Origin: Candidatus Latescibacterota bacterium
Lineage (GTDB): Bacteria; Latescibacterota; UBA2968; UBA8231
Length of the DNA: 64,000 bases
NCBI GenBank assembly: GCA_965242865.1
Contig: CBDETK010000013.1
Coordinates: 4,704,001 to 4,768,000 of the forward strand
Direction of reading: 5' to 3'
A program made the position numbers and the translations under genes. Positions 26,860 to 36,898 of this stretch are shown here, piece by piece. Below the pieces are notes generated by a model that saw only the letters and a program-made list of their open reading frames with translations, ran no database searches and had not been told where the DNA came from. Positions within the stretch are counted from its first letter, which is position 1. Every line of letters begins with the position of its first letter.

Positions 26860-29808
26860 CTAGAACCCGGCCACAATATCGAAGAAGAGGCGCGAGTTGT
26901 CGAAGCTATCGGACGCGCGCGTGGCATGGTCGTACTCCCGGCTGGTTCGGATAAAGCCGAACTGGGAGGCGAGATTGTAGCCGTAGTGATCCGAGCGGTT
27001 GCTCATCATCAGCACCAGCGTCCATTCCTTAAAATCGTTCCTCTCTTCCCGCCGGTCTAAACTCGTGTGACGCCAGAATGGGAAGCCTTGGAAGCCTAGT
27101 TGCAGATTGGACTTGGCCGTCAAGTCAAAGCGGGTCCTGAGGATCGGGGCGTAAATCGAGTACGACTCAATGATGCCTTTGTCCGTGTCCCCGGCGTCTT
27201 CGAGGACGCTCGAATGCTCGCGCAACAACAGGTGCTTGAACATCGGGCGGATGTTTAGGTTGCCGGCGTTGATCGTGTAGTCGAGCCGGTTGACCATCGC
27301 AAAGGTCGAGAGCACCCCGGCTTCCTGTTGGGTGCCGTCGTCGAACTCGTCTGCGGCTTGGCTGTTGCGGATCCATTGGATGCTGTTGATGACGTTGAGG
27401 TTGGAAAACTGCCGAAAGGTCGAGCTGATGAACAAGGTATTGACCAAGCTGTTGCGCATGTTCAGGGGATCGACATCCGGCGGAAAAATCTGCGAATTGA
27501 TGTCCCGCGCCTCGATCATCGGGCCTTTCAAGTGCGGAACGGGGCTGGGTATCCGCTGGGTAAAACCCGTGTCTTCCCAGACGTACACGTCGTCGCGAAT
27601 GCTGTCGCGGACCTGCTTGACGTCTTCGTTGATGCGGATTTTGCCCAAGTAGGGCGAGGTGAAGTTGTGCTCGTAGCGGGCGTAGAACGCGTGCGCCTTG
27701 CCGCCGCCGGCCGGCTCCTCCATGGTGTAATAGCCGACCGAGGCCCATTTGCCCCAGCGGCCCAAGCCCTTCTTGGTGGCCACGAAGTGGGCCCCTCGGC
27801 GGTCCCGGGGGTAGGGATAGTCCGGCAGGGCGTCGTTTTCGCGGTAATCGACCACGCCGTTGTTGTTGAAGTCAATGCCGTAGATGAAATCCGGCGGGTC
27901 CGCGTCGTAAAAGAGGATCGGCTCGGTCCAATCGGGAATGCCGTTGAAGTTCTGGTCGCTGTCCGGGATGAGGTCGTTGTTTTCGTCCAAGCCGGGGAAA
28001 ATGCCCGAATCCGCCTTCTCCGCACTGGGCAGCTCGTTGAGCATTTCGTCGGGCCACTGGTCGTTGTCGTCGTTGTCGGTCATAACGGACATTTCCTGCA
28101 TCTGGGGACACACAAAACAATCGTCGCTAAAGAAGGCCACGCCGCCGCGGTCGCTGTCGTAGTTGCCGCTGTAGTCTGGGTCTAGGTTGAAAACTTCGCC
28201 CCCCAGCTCTAGCGGGCCTACCTCCTTTGAGGCGGTGAGGAAATAGCCGAGGGCCTGCTTGTCAAAGCGCTTGCCGGCGTTGCTGCCCACCGGGAAGAGG
28301 AAGTATTGGGGATTGGCGACCAACTCGCCCTTTACTTTTAGCCCCTTGAAGTCCAAGTCCCAGTCCAACCCGTAGAGTGCCTGCCCGGTGGGGATGCCGT
28401 AGTCAAATTCGACCACCTTGCGGCCCGAATCGCGACCGTCGGAGCGCAGGACCGTGTAGGCTGCCCGGGTCGGATCGAGCAAATCCCACTTGAATTGCAA
28501 AAACGGCGACGCTTGGGTCGTGCCCGGATTTGGCTGCACCGGCCACTGCTTGAAAGGTGGCTTCTTGAAGGCTTCGGGATCTGCGTGGAATTCTTCTGCT
28601 AGCACGTCCAGAGGCTTGAGCGCGTCATCGCCGGTCTGGCTGGTAAAAGGATTGACGTAGCTCCTGCCCCCCGGAGCGTAGCGGTCGTCTCCCTCGGCCA
28701 CTTTGTCCACGTTCTTTTGGTGGGCCTGCTGGTCGAAAAACAAGTGCTGTTGGCGCACCAAGATGCGATAGTCGCCCTCGACATCGGCCAAAAAGCGCAC
28801 GGATTTCATCGTCAGCCCCGGGGCGAAGCCATCGGGATCGGCCGAATACTCGGCCGCGTCCGGCAGGTTGAATTGCGGCATTTGGAAGCGGAAGACCGCT
28901 TGCTCGCTGCCGGCGACCGACAGCCCGCCCGCAACCCCGCCGACCGGATCGATCAGCTTGAGGCTCGAGTCGTATTCGGGATCGCCTTCAATGCTGGTCA
29001 AGCGCACCCGCTGCCCCTGGGACTCCCCGATGATCACCACATCTACGTCATAGACGGTGGCCGCCCGGCCCATATCGTCGGGCGAGTCGTCTTCGACGAT
29101 GACTTCGATAAACGAGGGCGGCAGCATGCTGTACGGGGTATCGCCCTTGAGAAAGGAGCCGTTTTCGTCGGCCGTATTGGCCATGTGCTGGTTGAAGTAC
29201 GTGGCCCCCAAGCGCAGCACATTGCCCAACTTGGTCTCCCAGTGGCCGCCAAAGATCAGCACCGGCGAGGTTTCGCGAGTCGCCTTGAAGGTCGAAAACT
29301 TGGCGGCGTTTAACAGGTCGCCGCCTTGGCTGAGCATCAGGGTGAATTTGTTGTCCGAGGACGCGCCGTCGAGCAGGATGCCGAAAAAGCGCGGGTCGCT
29401 AAAGGTCAGGTCGGAGAACTTGGCGCGGATGTCCTCGCCCAAGGTCACTCGGTAGTTCCAGCCCTTGTACGAGTCGTTGAGCATCACCAAGTTGGCGAAC
29501 CACCCCAAGTACTGGGCCGTGCGGGTGTTGATGTTGCTCTCGCCCGGGCGAGAAAATTCCCACGTAAAGACATTGAAGCCGCGCGACAGGTAATTGCCCA
29601 AGCGGTCGTAGCGATTGCGCGCGTTGATCACCGAAGGATAGGGATCGTACTCCTTGCGGCCGTAGTTCAAATACGGTTCGGGATGGCCGAGGTTGAGGAA
29701 ATCCCGGTTGCGCAGAAAGGTCTGCGCTTGGGCTTCGGCGCCCAGCATACCCAACCCAACAGCCGCTAGCAGCGCGGTCCGCCCCAGTTTTCTCGCAGTA
29801 CTACTCAT
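26860..29808 (-). CDS. Giant putative outer-membrane protein A2 with Ca-binding-like Asp repeats
   Basis: ATG at 29808 after GAGGA; signal AEAQA; DNDDNDQWPD / DENNDLIPDSDQNFNGIPD / DFNNNGVVD; amphipathic strands ending in Phe. Confidence 0.7.
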   Translation of the reverse strand: MSSTARKLGRTALLAAVGLGMLGAEAQAQTFLRNRDFLNLGHPEPYLNYGRKEYDPYPSVINARNRYDRLGNYLSRGFNVFTWEFSRPGESNINTRTAQYLGWFANLVMLNDSYKGWNYRVTLGEDIRAKFSDLTFSDPRFFGILLDGASSDNKFTLMLSQGGDLLNAAKFSTFKATRETSPVLIFGGHWETKLGNVLRLGATYFNQHMANTADENGSFLKGDTPYSMLPPSFIEVIVEDDSPDDMGRAATVYDVDVVIIGESQGQRVRLTSIEGDPEYDSSLKLIDPVGGVAGGLSVAGSEQAVFRFQMPQFNLPDAAEYSADPDGFAPGLTMKSVRFLADVEGDYRILVRQQHLFFDQQAHQKNVDKVAEGDDRYAPGGRSYVNPFTSQTGDDALKPLDVLAEEFHADPEAFKKPPFKQWPVQPNPGTTQASPFLQFKWDLLDPTRAAYTVLRSDGRDSGRKVVEFDYGIPTGQALYGLDWDLDFKGLKVKGELVANPQYFLFPVGSNAGKRFDKQALGYFLTASKEVGPLELGGEVFNLDPDYSGNYDSDRGGVAFFSDDCFVCPQMQEMSVMTDNDDNDQWPDEMLNELPSAEKADSGIFPGLDENNDLIPDSDQNFNGIPDWTEPILFYDADPPDFIYGIDFNNNGVVDYRENDALPDYPYPRDRRGAHFVATKKGLGRWGKWASVGYYTMEEPAGGGKAHAFYARYEHNFTSPYLGKIRINEDVKQVRDSIRDDVYVWEDTGFTQRIPSPVPHLKGPMIEARDINSQIFPPDVDPLNMRNSLVNTLFISSTFRQFSNLNVINSIQWIRNSQAADEFDDGTQQEAGVLSTFAMVNRLDYTINAGNLNIRPMFKHLLLREHSSVLEDAGDTDKGIIESYSIYAPILRTRFDLTAKSNLQLGFQGFPFWRHTSLDRREERNDFKEWTLVLMMSNRSDHYGYNLASQFGFIRTSREYDHATRASDSFDNSRLFFDIVAGF

Positions 29809-29852
29809 GGCAGCTATCCTCATGCAGTGTAGAGATTCGGTCTTATTCCAAC

Positions 29853-30713
29853 TCAGCGCTGGCGATACCCAACGCCGAACCAATGCACGCCGCCGTAACC
29901 GGACAGATGCAGAGGGTAGGAATAAGCGTAATCGAAATGCCATTGCTTATAGTTGTGGCCAAGCCCCACGTTGAGTTCTCTATCGTCAAAACCCGCACCC
30001 ACCGCGGCCCCGCCCATGCGGAACCGCGCGCCGTTGAGGCTCACCGTCCGCGCCTCGAACCCGACCCTAAATTCGGTCTGCCCATCGCGGTGCTCCATGT
30101 CAAGCAGGACTTCCCGCCCCGCCCAGTTGAGCACGGCCGCGGCGACCACGGCCGGCTTTTCCTCGCCCGCGGCTTGGCCGCCGGCCGCGATATTCGCGCC
30201 GTTAAGGCCCTTGGCGACCAACGCCAAGCGCAGGTACGCCCGCGGGTGGACGAAACCCACTTCCCAAGTGGCCCCCACGTCGAGGAACCAAGCTCGGTGG
30301 GCCAAATCGCCCGCGTTCCAAGCGCTGGTGCGCACGCCGCCGCCCAAGGCAAACCGCTCGTGCAACGGCCGCCCGTAGCCCAAGGCGATCACTTCTTCGC
30401 GCCAGCCATCGGCCCCTAAAAACGAAAGGCCCAGTTGGAAGCCGCCGCCCCGCAAGGGACCGGCCACGGCCACGCCGTTTAGGGCTGGACTCTGGTCCAA
30501 CCCGGGGTAAAGCAGCGCGTGGGACGTGCCGGCTCGCCATTTTTGCTGCTGGGCGTTGCCGGCCGGATTGTACCAAACGGCCTCAGCCGTCTGAATGCTG
30601 GCGGCAAAGGCCCCGCCCAAGGCCGTGCTCTGCGCCCCCTGAGCCGCAAATTCAAAAGCAGCACCGACCGGGGGGGCGCAAGCCAGCAAGAGGACGCTAG
30701 TACGCCACCACAA
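29853..30713 (-). CDS. PorP/SprF/PorV-like beta-barrel protein
   Basis: Probable TTG start overlapping the upstream stop; GAQSTALGGAFAA....AVWYNPAG N-terminal motif; C-terminal FDYAY...HWFGVGY. Confidence 0.72.
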   Translation of the reverse strand: MWWRTSVLLLACAPPVGAAFEFAAQGAQSTALGGAFAASIQTAEAVWYNPAGNAQQQKWRAGTSHALLYPGLDQSPALNGVAVAGPLRGGGFQLGLSFLGADGWREEVIALGYGRPLHERFALGGGVRTSAWNAGDLAHRAWFLDVGATWEVGFVHPRAYLRLALVAKGLNGANIAAGGQAAGEEKPAVVAAAVLNWAGREVLLDMEHRDGQTEFRVGFEARTVSLNGARFRMGGAAVGAGFDDRELNVGLGHNYKQWHFDYAYSYPLHLSGYGGVHWFGVGYRQR

Positions 30714-32340
30714 AGGTGCCTCGGCGCGCCGGGCCGCTTTCTTCGATCCCGACCTCGTACAGGTAAAGCCCCGGCTCGACGACGCGACCGCGTTCATCGC
30801 GGCCATCCCACTCAAACTGATAGGTGCGGGCGCTGCCGGTTTGCGCCAACTGGCGAATGGGCCGCCCGGTCAAGCTGTACATTTTTAGCACCACTTCCCG
30901 GCCCACTTCGATGTTGCCGACGACCAAGGCAAAGCGCGCGTACTCGTCGGCAAACGGAGAGAACGGGCGCGGCTGCACCTGCACTTCGCCCAAAAGCGGC
31001 AACGGCGTCCCCGCCGCCAGTACCGTCCAAGTGGCGCCCGGCTTTTCTCGCCCCTGCTGCCAGTTCACGTAGCCGTCGCGGTCGCCTTGGGCCTTGTTGC
31101 CGGCGGCAAAGCGCAGGGCGGTCTTGTCGCGCACAAAGAGCGCCGGCCCCTCAATTTCGACCGTGGCCAGCGCGTTGATTCGCTCGTCCGGGGCGAGCTC
31201 TACCTGCAGGCCCTCCCGGTCTGCGGTCGGCCCCCAAGTGTAGCCGACGCCGGGCGCGAGTTCGCGGCCATGGACGCGCACGGCCGTTACGCCGAGCAAG
31301 GGGCCTTGGACTCGCAAGAGATCGACCCCGTAATCATCGACGCCCGCCGCGATTTCCACGCGGCCAATCAGGGCTACTTCCTCGCCCTTGTGCAGGGCAT
31401 CGGGCGCGACCACCTCGGCCCAGACCTGTTGGGCGACCAAGACGGGATCGTAGTCAACGGCGACGCGCTTGAGCACCGGGCTGACAAACGGGGCCGAGTT
31501 CGTCAGGCGGGCCCGGTACGCCAACCGCTCGACCGGCTCGTCCCCGTCGTAGAAAAATTCCCCGACCTCGTGGGCTGCAACGCTTTCCCAAGGCGCTGGG
31601 CCGCCGCGCACCTGCAACTCAATGCCCGTGCGCTCTGGGCGCTCGGCTTGCCAGCGAATCTGCCCGACATTGACCGGCGTGGGCGGGGCAAAGCTATCCT
31701 CGATAAAGCCTTCGCTGCCGTAGCCGGCGCCGAACACCTCGATTTCCCCGATCGCGACCCAGTTGCTGCGGTCTTGGCGGATGAGCGTCAGCCGCACAAA
31801 GCGCCCCTCGCGCGGGACGGCTTCCCCGCGCGCGTCAATCGCGGCCCAAGTGGAATCCGCACTCGTATCGACATTGAGGACGAAATTGTCCGGCTGTTCC
31901 GCCAAGAGCCGCCAGACTTGCGGCGTTGCTTGGGCCGCCGTTTCGAGCCTGTACCCGCGCACGAAGTATTCGGGCTGGTTCAGCGCGGTCTCGCCGGCGA
32001 GCACCCGCACCCGCTTAATCGCCCGGTCCAGCCCCAGATCGACGGTAAACTGCTTGTCGAACACGTGGTTGGTGCCCGAGATCCACTCGCTCCGCACGAG
32101 GTCAATCGCGCCATCCGTTAGGGGCACGGGCTTGTCAAAATCGTCGATCACCGATCGTCCTAAAGCCACGTTTACAGCCTCGTCCAACTGCGCCAGAATG
32201 ACGAGGCTATCGGGATGCACCTGTACGCCTTGGGTCGCTCCCAAGGCAAAGGTCTCGACCGCGTCCACCACCCAAGTCTTTAATTCGGCGCGACACGGAC
32301 TCAACGAAAGCACCAGCAAAAGTGCGCCCAGCCCCAGCAC
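30697..32340 (-). CDS. Exported discoidin-like protein with C-terminal FlgD-Ig/T9SS-CTD-like domain
   Basis: Signal peptide; FTVDLG...RFVRL...IGEIEVFG; C-terminal PRPFSP...MYSLTGRPIRQL...WDGRDERGRVVEPGLYLYEV. Confidence 0.75.
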   Translation of the reverse strand: MLGLGALLLVLSLSPCRAELKTWVVDAVETFALGATQGVQVHPDSLVILAQLDEAVNVALGRSVIDDFDKPVPLTDGAIDLVRSEWISGTNHVFDKQFTVDLGLDRAIKRVRVLAGETALNQPEYFVRGYRLETAAQATPQVWRLLAEQPDNFVLNVDTSADSTWAAIDARGEAVPREGRFVRLTLIRQDRSNWVAIGEIEVFGAGYGSEGFIEDSFAPPTPVNVGQIRWQAERPERTGIELQVRGGPAPWESVAAHEVGEFFYDGDEPVERLAYRARLTNSAPFVSPVLKRVAVDYDPVLVAQQVWAEVVAPDALHKGEEVALIGRVEIAAGVDDYGVDLLRVQGPLLGVTAVRVHGRELAPGVGYTWGPTADREGLQVELAPDERINALATVEIEGPALFVRDKTALRFAAGNKAQGDRDGYVNWQQGREKPGATWTVLAAGTPLPLLGEVQVQPRPFSPFADEYARFALVVGNIEVGREVVLKMYSLTGRPIRQLAQTGSARTYQFEWDGRDERGRVVEPGLYLYEVGIEESGPARRGTFVVAY

Positions 32341-32341
32341 T

Positions 32342-32992
32342 TCAGAATAGCAATCGCTGGGTTAGGCTGGTCACCACCGCGATGGCGAGGGCCTCCTCCA
32401 ACTCCCGCGAGTTGAAGGTCATGACAATGCCGGCATCCACTGGGCTTTTCTTGCTCACTTTGCCGGTCTTGAGATCCTTCACCGCGACCTCGACCTGCAC
32501 CCGTTGCGTTTGCGGCGAGAATACTTTGCGCACCCGCTGACTGGTAATTATGGCCGTGCCGCTAATTTCCAAGTCGGCCTCGTCCGAGTCCTCGGCCACG
32601 AGCGCGAAGGGATTGTTCACCTGCCGCACGCTGTCTTCGTCTAGCACCTCGACCCGGTCCGTCTGCATGAAGACCCGCACCCGCTGCTTGCGGAGCTCGC
32701 GCAACAAGGCCCCGGACAGGTCCTCAATGCGCGAAGGCCGAGTAATCTGCAACAATCGGTTGCCGTGGCTGGCGAGGGCGTTGGTGCTGTACTGGCCCCC
32801 TTGATCCGCGACCGAATTGGCACTCCGCGGATCGACCACGTTGGCCTTGCTCTCAACCGGAAATTCCTTGACGTATATTTTGACCGGCATCGCCGGCGGG
32901 TTGGGCAAGCTGGTGTCCTTGAGGGCCTCGTACTTCAAAGTGCAGGCCGTCAAGCCGACGAGCAGCAGCGCGCCGAGACATATCTTTTTCAT
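32342..32992 (-). CDS. Lipoprotein, unknown function
   Basis: MKKICLGALLLVGLTAC lipobox; start overlaps the upstream stop. Confidence 0.75.
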   Translation of the reverse strand: MKKICLGALLLVGLTACTLKYEALKDTSLPNPPAMPVKIYVKEFPVESKANVVDPRSANSVADQGGQYSTNALASHGNRLLQITRPSRIEDLSGALLRELRKQRVRVFMQTDRVEVLDEDSVRQVNNPFALVAEDSDEADLEISGTAIITSQRVRKVFSPQTQRVQVEVAVKDLKTGKVSKKSPVDAGIVMTFNSRELEEALAIAVVTSLTQRLLF

Positions 32993-33771
32993 GGGCTATT
33001 CTCCACCCAACGCACGCCGTGATCGACCTTGAAGTGGAATTTCAGGTCGGTAAATTCCGTTGGATTGCCGTACCCTACTTGAAAGCGATCAAAGGCCAGA
33101 ATGAATTCGTTTACTTCGAGGGTGAACGACCTCGTCTCGGCCGGCAGCGGCGGAAAGGTCAGCTTGCCGCTGTATATGGAGCCTTTGCGCACGGGCTTTT
33201 CCCGGCTGTACTCGCTCTTGCTCCAGATTGGGTCGCGGTCCAAGCTGGCGTGGTATTTCACATTGCCTTCTTGCCCCCCCCACTTCAAGTAGGAATAATC
33301 GAAAAACTCGTCCGCGTCGTACCAATTGCCCGCCCCTTGGCGGCAGAGCAGGCGGCGGTCGTCGTCCAAGCGCAGAATGGCCTGCGTGGGATCGAGCTCC
33401 ACCCGCTCCCGAGTGCGGTTGATCACCGTCACGTCAAAAACGGTCCACAGCGGCGGCGTGTAATCCAACCCGGGGATTTCGACGCCCGTGAGCGTATAGG
33501 GCGTGAAGCGGGTGCCGTATTCGGCGTCGAGCATGGCATCGTCGTAGAACTTGACCTTGACTTGCACCCCTTGCTCGCTCCACACGACCGAGCTGTCAAT
33601 TGGATCGATGTAATAGGTATCTCCAGCGGGCAGGACCGGGTCCAGCTCGATGACGTACTCGCGCTGGGCCTGCGATTCGAGGGAGCGGAGGGTGGCGCAT
33701 CCCCCGGCGGCCAACGCCACGCACAGCAGGACGCGAATGTGTTTTGCGCTTGGTCTCATCTGCGTTCGCAT
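32989..33771 (-). CDS. Lipoprotein of unknown function (paralog of 21205-21966)
   Basis: AGGC lipobox; collinear similarity to 21205-21966. Confidence 0.75.
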   Translation of the reverse strand: MRTQMRPSAKHIRVLLCVALAAGGCATLRSLESQAQREYVIELDPVLPAGDTYYIDPIDSSVVWSEQGVQVKVKFYDDAMLDAEYGTRFTPYTLTGVEIPGLDYTPPLWTVFDVTVINRTRERVELDPTQAILRLDDDRRLLCRQGAGNWYDADEFFDYSYLKWGGQEGNVKYHASLDRDPIWSKSEYSREKPVRKGSIYSGKLTFPPLPAETRSFTLEVNEFILAFDRFQVGYGNPTEFTDLKFHFKVDHGVRWVENSP

Positions 33772-33773
33772 CG

Positions 33774-36743
33774 TTAGAAGGGGGATATTAGCTCCACAAA
33801 GAGGATGCCTTGCTTGGAATCGGGCCGCCCTGCATGGCTAAAGTCTCGCCGCGTGCGCTGATAGCCGAAGAATATCGAATTGTCGCGGATGCCAAAGTAA
33901 TCTGCGGTGATGCTCAGCATGGCCAGATAATCGGTTTGGCTGTACGTCTCGTCCTCAAAGGCGCGATCCCAGTGCTTAAACGGCAGCAAGGGCAGCCCTT
34001 GGATGCCCAACTGAAAGCTGGTCTTGGGCGTGAGCTTGTACCGCCCCATTACGATGGGGATGAAGTCGCTGTACGACTTTCGCGGCCCCTCTTCGCTATC
34101 GACCTGCTCAAAGATCGTCCGGTGCTTGAGCTTGGGCGTGATGCTGAAGGCCCCCCAGCTGTGGGTAAAGTCGATCTTGTTGACGATGGAAAAGCGCGAG
34201 CGCACATCTTGGGGCTGCAACAGCCCGCTGCCGTCGGCAAGCTCAATTTCGGCTTGGCTGTTGCGCTGCCACAGGAAGCCGTTTTCAATGTTGAAGCCGC
34301 GGAAGCCCTGATAGGTGCTGTCGAAAAAGAGGAGATGCACAAAGCTGTCGCGCATCAGTAGCTCGTCCGGCGTGGCCGGCCGCCAAAAGCCGGCGCGCTC
34401 GGGCGGCCCGTCCGGCTCGTTGAACCAGTTGATGACCTCTATATCGTCAATGGGCACTCGGTACACGTACGTGTGATCCGGGATGTCGTCTTTGACCTGC
34501 TTGGCGTCGAAGTTGATTTTCAGCGCGCCAACGCCGCGCTTTTCCACCGAATAGGCGTAGCGGAAGTACATCCCCTCGGACTTGCCCGGGCCGGCGATCT
34601 GGCTGTTGTCGTAGCGGCCTATGCTGATGAACTTGCCCCAGCGCCCCAAGCGGTCGTAGCGGAGGAAGAGGTGGTTGCCCCGTTGGTCGCGCGGGTAGGG
34701 GTAGTCTGGCTTGTCGTCGTTTTCGCGGAAATCGGGCACGTTGTTGTTGTTGAAGTCAATTCCATAGACAAATTCGGGCGGCTCTGAATCATAGGTCAGA
34801 AACGCCTCTTCCCAATCGACGATGAAGTTCTCGTTGCGGTCCATGTCCGGGATGTTATCGACGTTCTCGTCGAGGCCCGGATACACCGAGGCACTCGGAT
34901 TGCCGGGATAAAGCAACCGCGGCTCAGCAGTGGCCGTATCGTCGCTGTGGCTATCGGGGAAGCTGTCGTGATCGTCGTTGTCCTCGTGGAGCGGGAACTC
35001 CTCGGTGACCGTAGAGGTCCGCTCGCCGGGCGCAGGCTGCCCATCGTAGTGGAAGGCCATGCCGCCGCGATAGCTGTCGTACCCGCCGCCGTAGTCGGGC
35101 TCCATGCGGTACAGCTCGCCGCCCACGGCCAAGCCGCCGGCGAGATCCTTGACGCCCTTGACCCACCACGCCAAGGCGCGCTCGCTGCTGCGCTCGCCCT
35201 CGTTATTGCCGACCGGGAACATGAAGTTCTGCAGGTTGTGCGCCATCTCGCCGCTGACTTCCAGCCCTACCAAGTCGATCTGATAGTTGATCGAGGCCAA
35301 GCTCTGCCCGGTGGGAATGCCGTAGTCAAAGGAGACCATCCGCCGATTGGCACCGCTACTGTCGCTGCCATCGGCGCGGACGACGGTGTAATAGATTTCC
35401 TCGTCTTCGTCTGTGTACCACTTGAACGGACGCCGGATGGCCCGCTCGTTGCTTTTAGTGATAGGGGCGGGCCAAGCCGACTCAGTGATCGTGGCGTCGC
35501 CCCGGCGGCTGATGTTGAAGAAGTCGTGGGTCTGGCTGACGCCAATTCGGTAATCGCCAGCCACGTCGGCGACAAAACGCGCCGAGCGCACCGTCACGTC
35601 CGGCGGAAGGACAAAGGTGTACACCACCGGCACCTTGCCTTCGGCCTCGCGCCCGCCGCCGGCGAGGGCGGCCCCCCCTTCGGGCGGCCCGGCTTCTATC
35701 GACGGATCGTAATCCGGGTCGTCGTCGAGGCTGGTCAGGCGCACCGGCTCTGCGTTGCGCTCGCCCTCGAGGACGATGTCCACGCCATAGACTATGGCAT
35801 TGGCGCGGGCGTTGTCGGGCGAGTCGTCGGCCACGAAGACGCGGATGGTCTTGGGGCCGAGCATCTCGTAGGGCAAGTCACCGCGCCAAGCACTGGTGCG
35901 CGACAGCGCTGGCGAGGCCATAATTTGGTTGACGAGCGTCCCGCCAACGCTGGCAAAGCTACCTACTTCGTGCTGCCAGTGGCCGCCAAAGAGCAGCACC
36001 GGCGAATTGTCCCAAGCGTCGTCGCCTTCTTGACCAAAGGCCCATTTGGAGAATAGCTGAGCACCGGAGTGGTCGCCGCCGCGTGAATAGAGGAACGTCG
36101 CCCGGTCGCGCGCCTTGTAGTTGATGTCCATGCGCAACACGTTCAGCTTGCTGTTGACCAGCGTGAGCGGCGTGAAGATGGTGCGCACATCCGTCGCACC
36201 GTCCGGTGAGCCCACGTTGCCCACTGTGGCGATCCAGTGCAAATCCTTGTGCGTGTAGTGGCCGATCCGAAACGAGCGATACTTGTGGTCGATGTAGCTA
36301 TACCCACTAAAGTCGTTGCCACTGCGCGATTCTTCTATCGTCAGGAGCCGCTGATAGCCACCGCCCATGTAGTTGCCCATCCGGTCCCAACCCACTTTGC
36401 GGGTCCGCTCCGTGCGGCCCGACGGGGTGGCCCAAGCAACCGTCTCTCGGTAGTAAGCAATGTATTTTTCGTCGGCGTAGTTGAGATAGGGAACGCTCAC
36501 TGCGGCGTTGAGGAAGGCCCTCCCGATCCCTCGGTCATAGCGGTCTTGGGGGCCGCGCAGGAAGGGGGGCCGCTTTTTCCACGGGGGGTCTTGCGGTGTG
36601 CCGGGAGCAGGGTTGTAATAGGGCCGCGCACCAGCAGATTCAGGGTGGCGCTGCGCCTCGGCTGGCGCGGACAAGCCAGTACCAACCAGCACGGACAAGA
36701 CCACCCAGCACTTGACAATACGGCGTTTTAGGAAATACAGCAT
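33774..36743 (-). CDS. Giant putative outer-membrane protein A1 (paralog of 26860-29808)
   Basis: Signal APAEA; shares PYLNY, SPVLxFGGHW, FxADVxGDYRI, FDYGIPTGQ and YGIDFNNN...DYPYPRD with A2; C-terminal Phe. Confidence 0.7.
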   Translation of the reverse strand: MLYFLKRRIVKCWVVLSVLVGTGLSAPAEAQRHPESAGARPYYNPAPGTPQDPPWKKRPPFLRGPQDRYDRGIGRAFLNAAVSVPYLNYADEKYIAYYRETVAWATPSGRTERTRKVGWDRMGNYMGGGYQRLLTIEESRSGNDFSGYSYIDHKYRSFRIGHYTHKDLHWIATVGNVGSPDGATDVRTIFTPLTLVNSKLNVLRMDINYKARDRATFLYSRGGDHSGAQLFSKWAFGQEGDDAWDNSPVLLFGGHWQHEVGSFASVGGTLVNQIMASPALSRTSAWRGDLPYEMLGPKTIRVFVADDSPDNARANAIVYGVDIVLEGERNAEPVRLTSLDDDPDYDPSIEAGPPEGGAALAGGGREAEGKVPVVYTFVLPPDVTVRSARFVADVAGDYRIGVSQTHDFFNISRRGDATITESAWPAPITKSNERAIRRPFKWYTDEDEEIYYTVVRADGSDSSGANRRMVSFDYGIPTGQSLASINYQIDLVGLEVSGEMAHNLQNFMFPVGNNEGERSSERALAWWVKGVKDLAGGLAVGGELYRMEPDYGGGYDSYRGGMAFHYDGQPAPGERTSTVTEEFPLHEDNDDHDSFPDSHSDDTATAEPRLLYPGNPSASVYPGLDENVDNIPDMDRNENFIVDWEEAFLTYDSEPPEFVYGIDFNNNNVPDFRENDDKPDYPYPRDQRGNHLFLRYDRLGRWGKFISIGRYDNSQIAGPGKSEGMYFRYAYSVEKRGVGALKINFDAKQVKDDIPDHTYVYRVPIDDIEVINWFNEPDGPPERAGFWRPATPDELLMRDSFVHLLFFDSTYQGFRGFNIENGFLWQRNSQAEIELADGSGLLQPQDVRSRFSIVNKIDFTHSWGAFSITPKLKHRTIFEQVDSEEGPRKSYSDFIPIVMGRYKLTPKTSFQLGIQGLPLLPFKHWDRAFEDETYSQTDYLAMLSITADYFGIRDNSIFFGYQRTRRDFSHAGRPDSKQGILFVELISPF

Positions 36744-36828
36744 GAAAACCCCTCGCGGGTCACTTGCGTATTGAGTAACTGAAAATCAACGGGCGAAAAC
36801 ATATACTTGCCAAATCTCGCGGGTCAAG

Positions 36829-36867
36829 AAAAAAAAACGGGAAGCAGGCGTCAAGCCCACTTCCCGT
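36829..36867 (-). terminator. Rho-independent terminator after the CBM9-like gene
   Basis: Stem ACGGGAAG/CTTCCCGT followed by a T-run on the minus strand. Confidence 0.7.
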
Positions 36868-36898
36868 CTTTCGTATAAACCTATCCAAGAGCCGTTGA

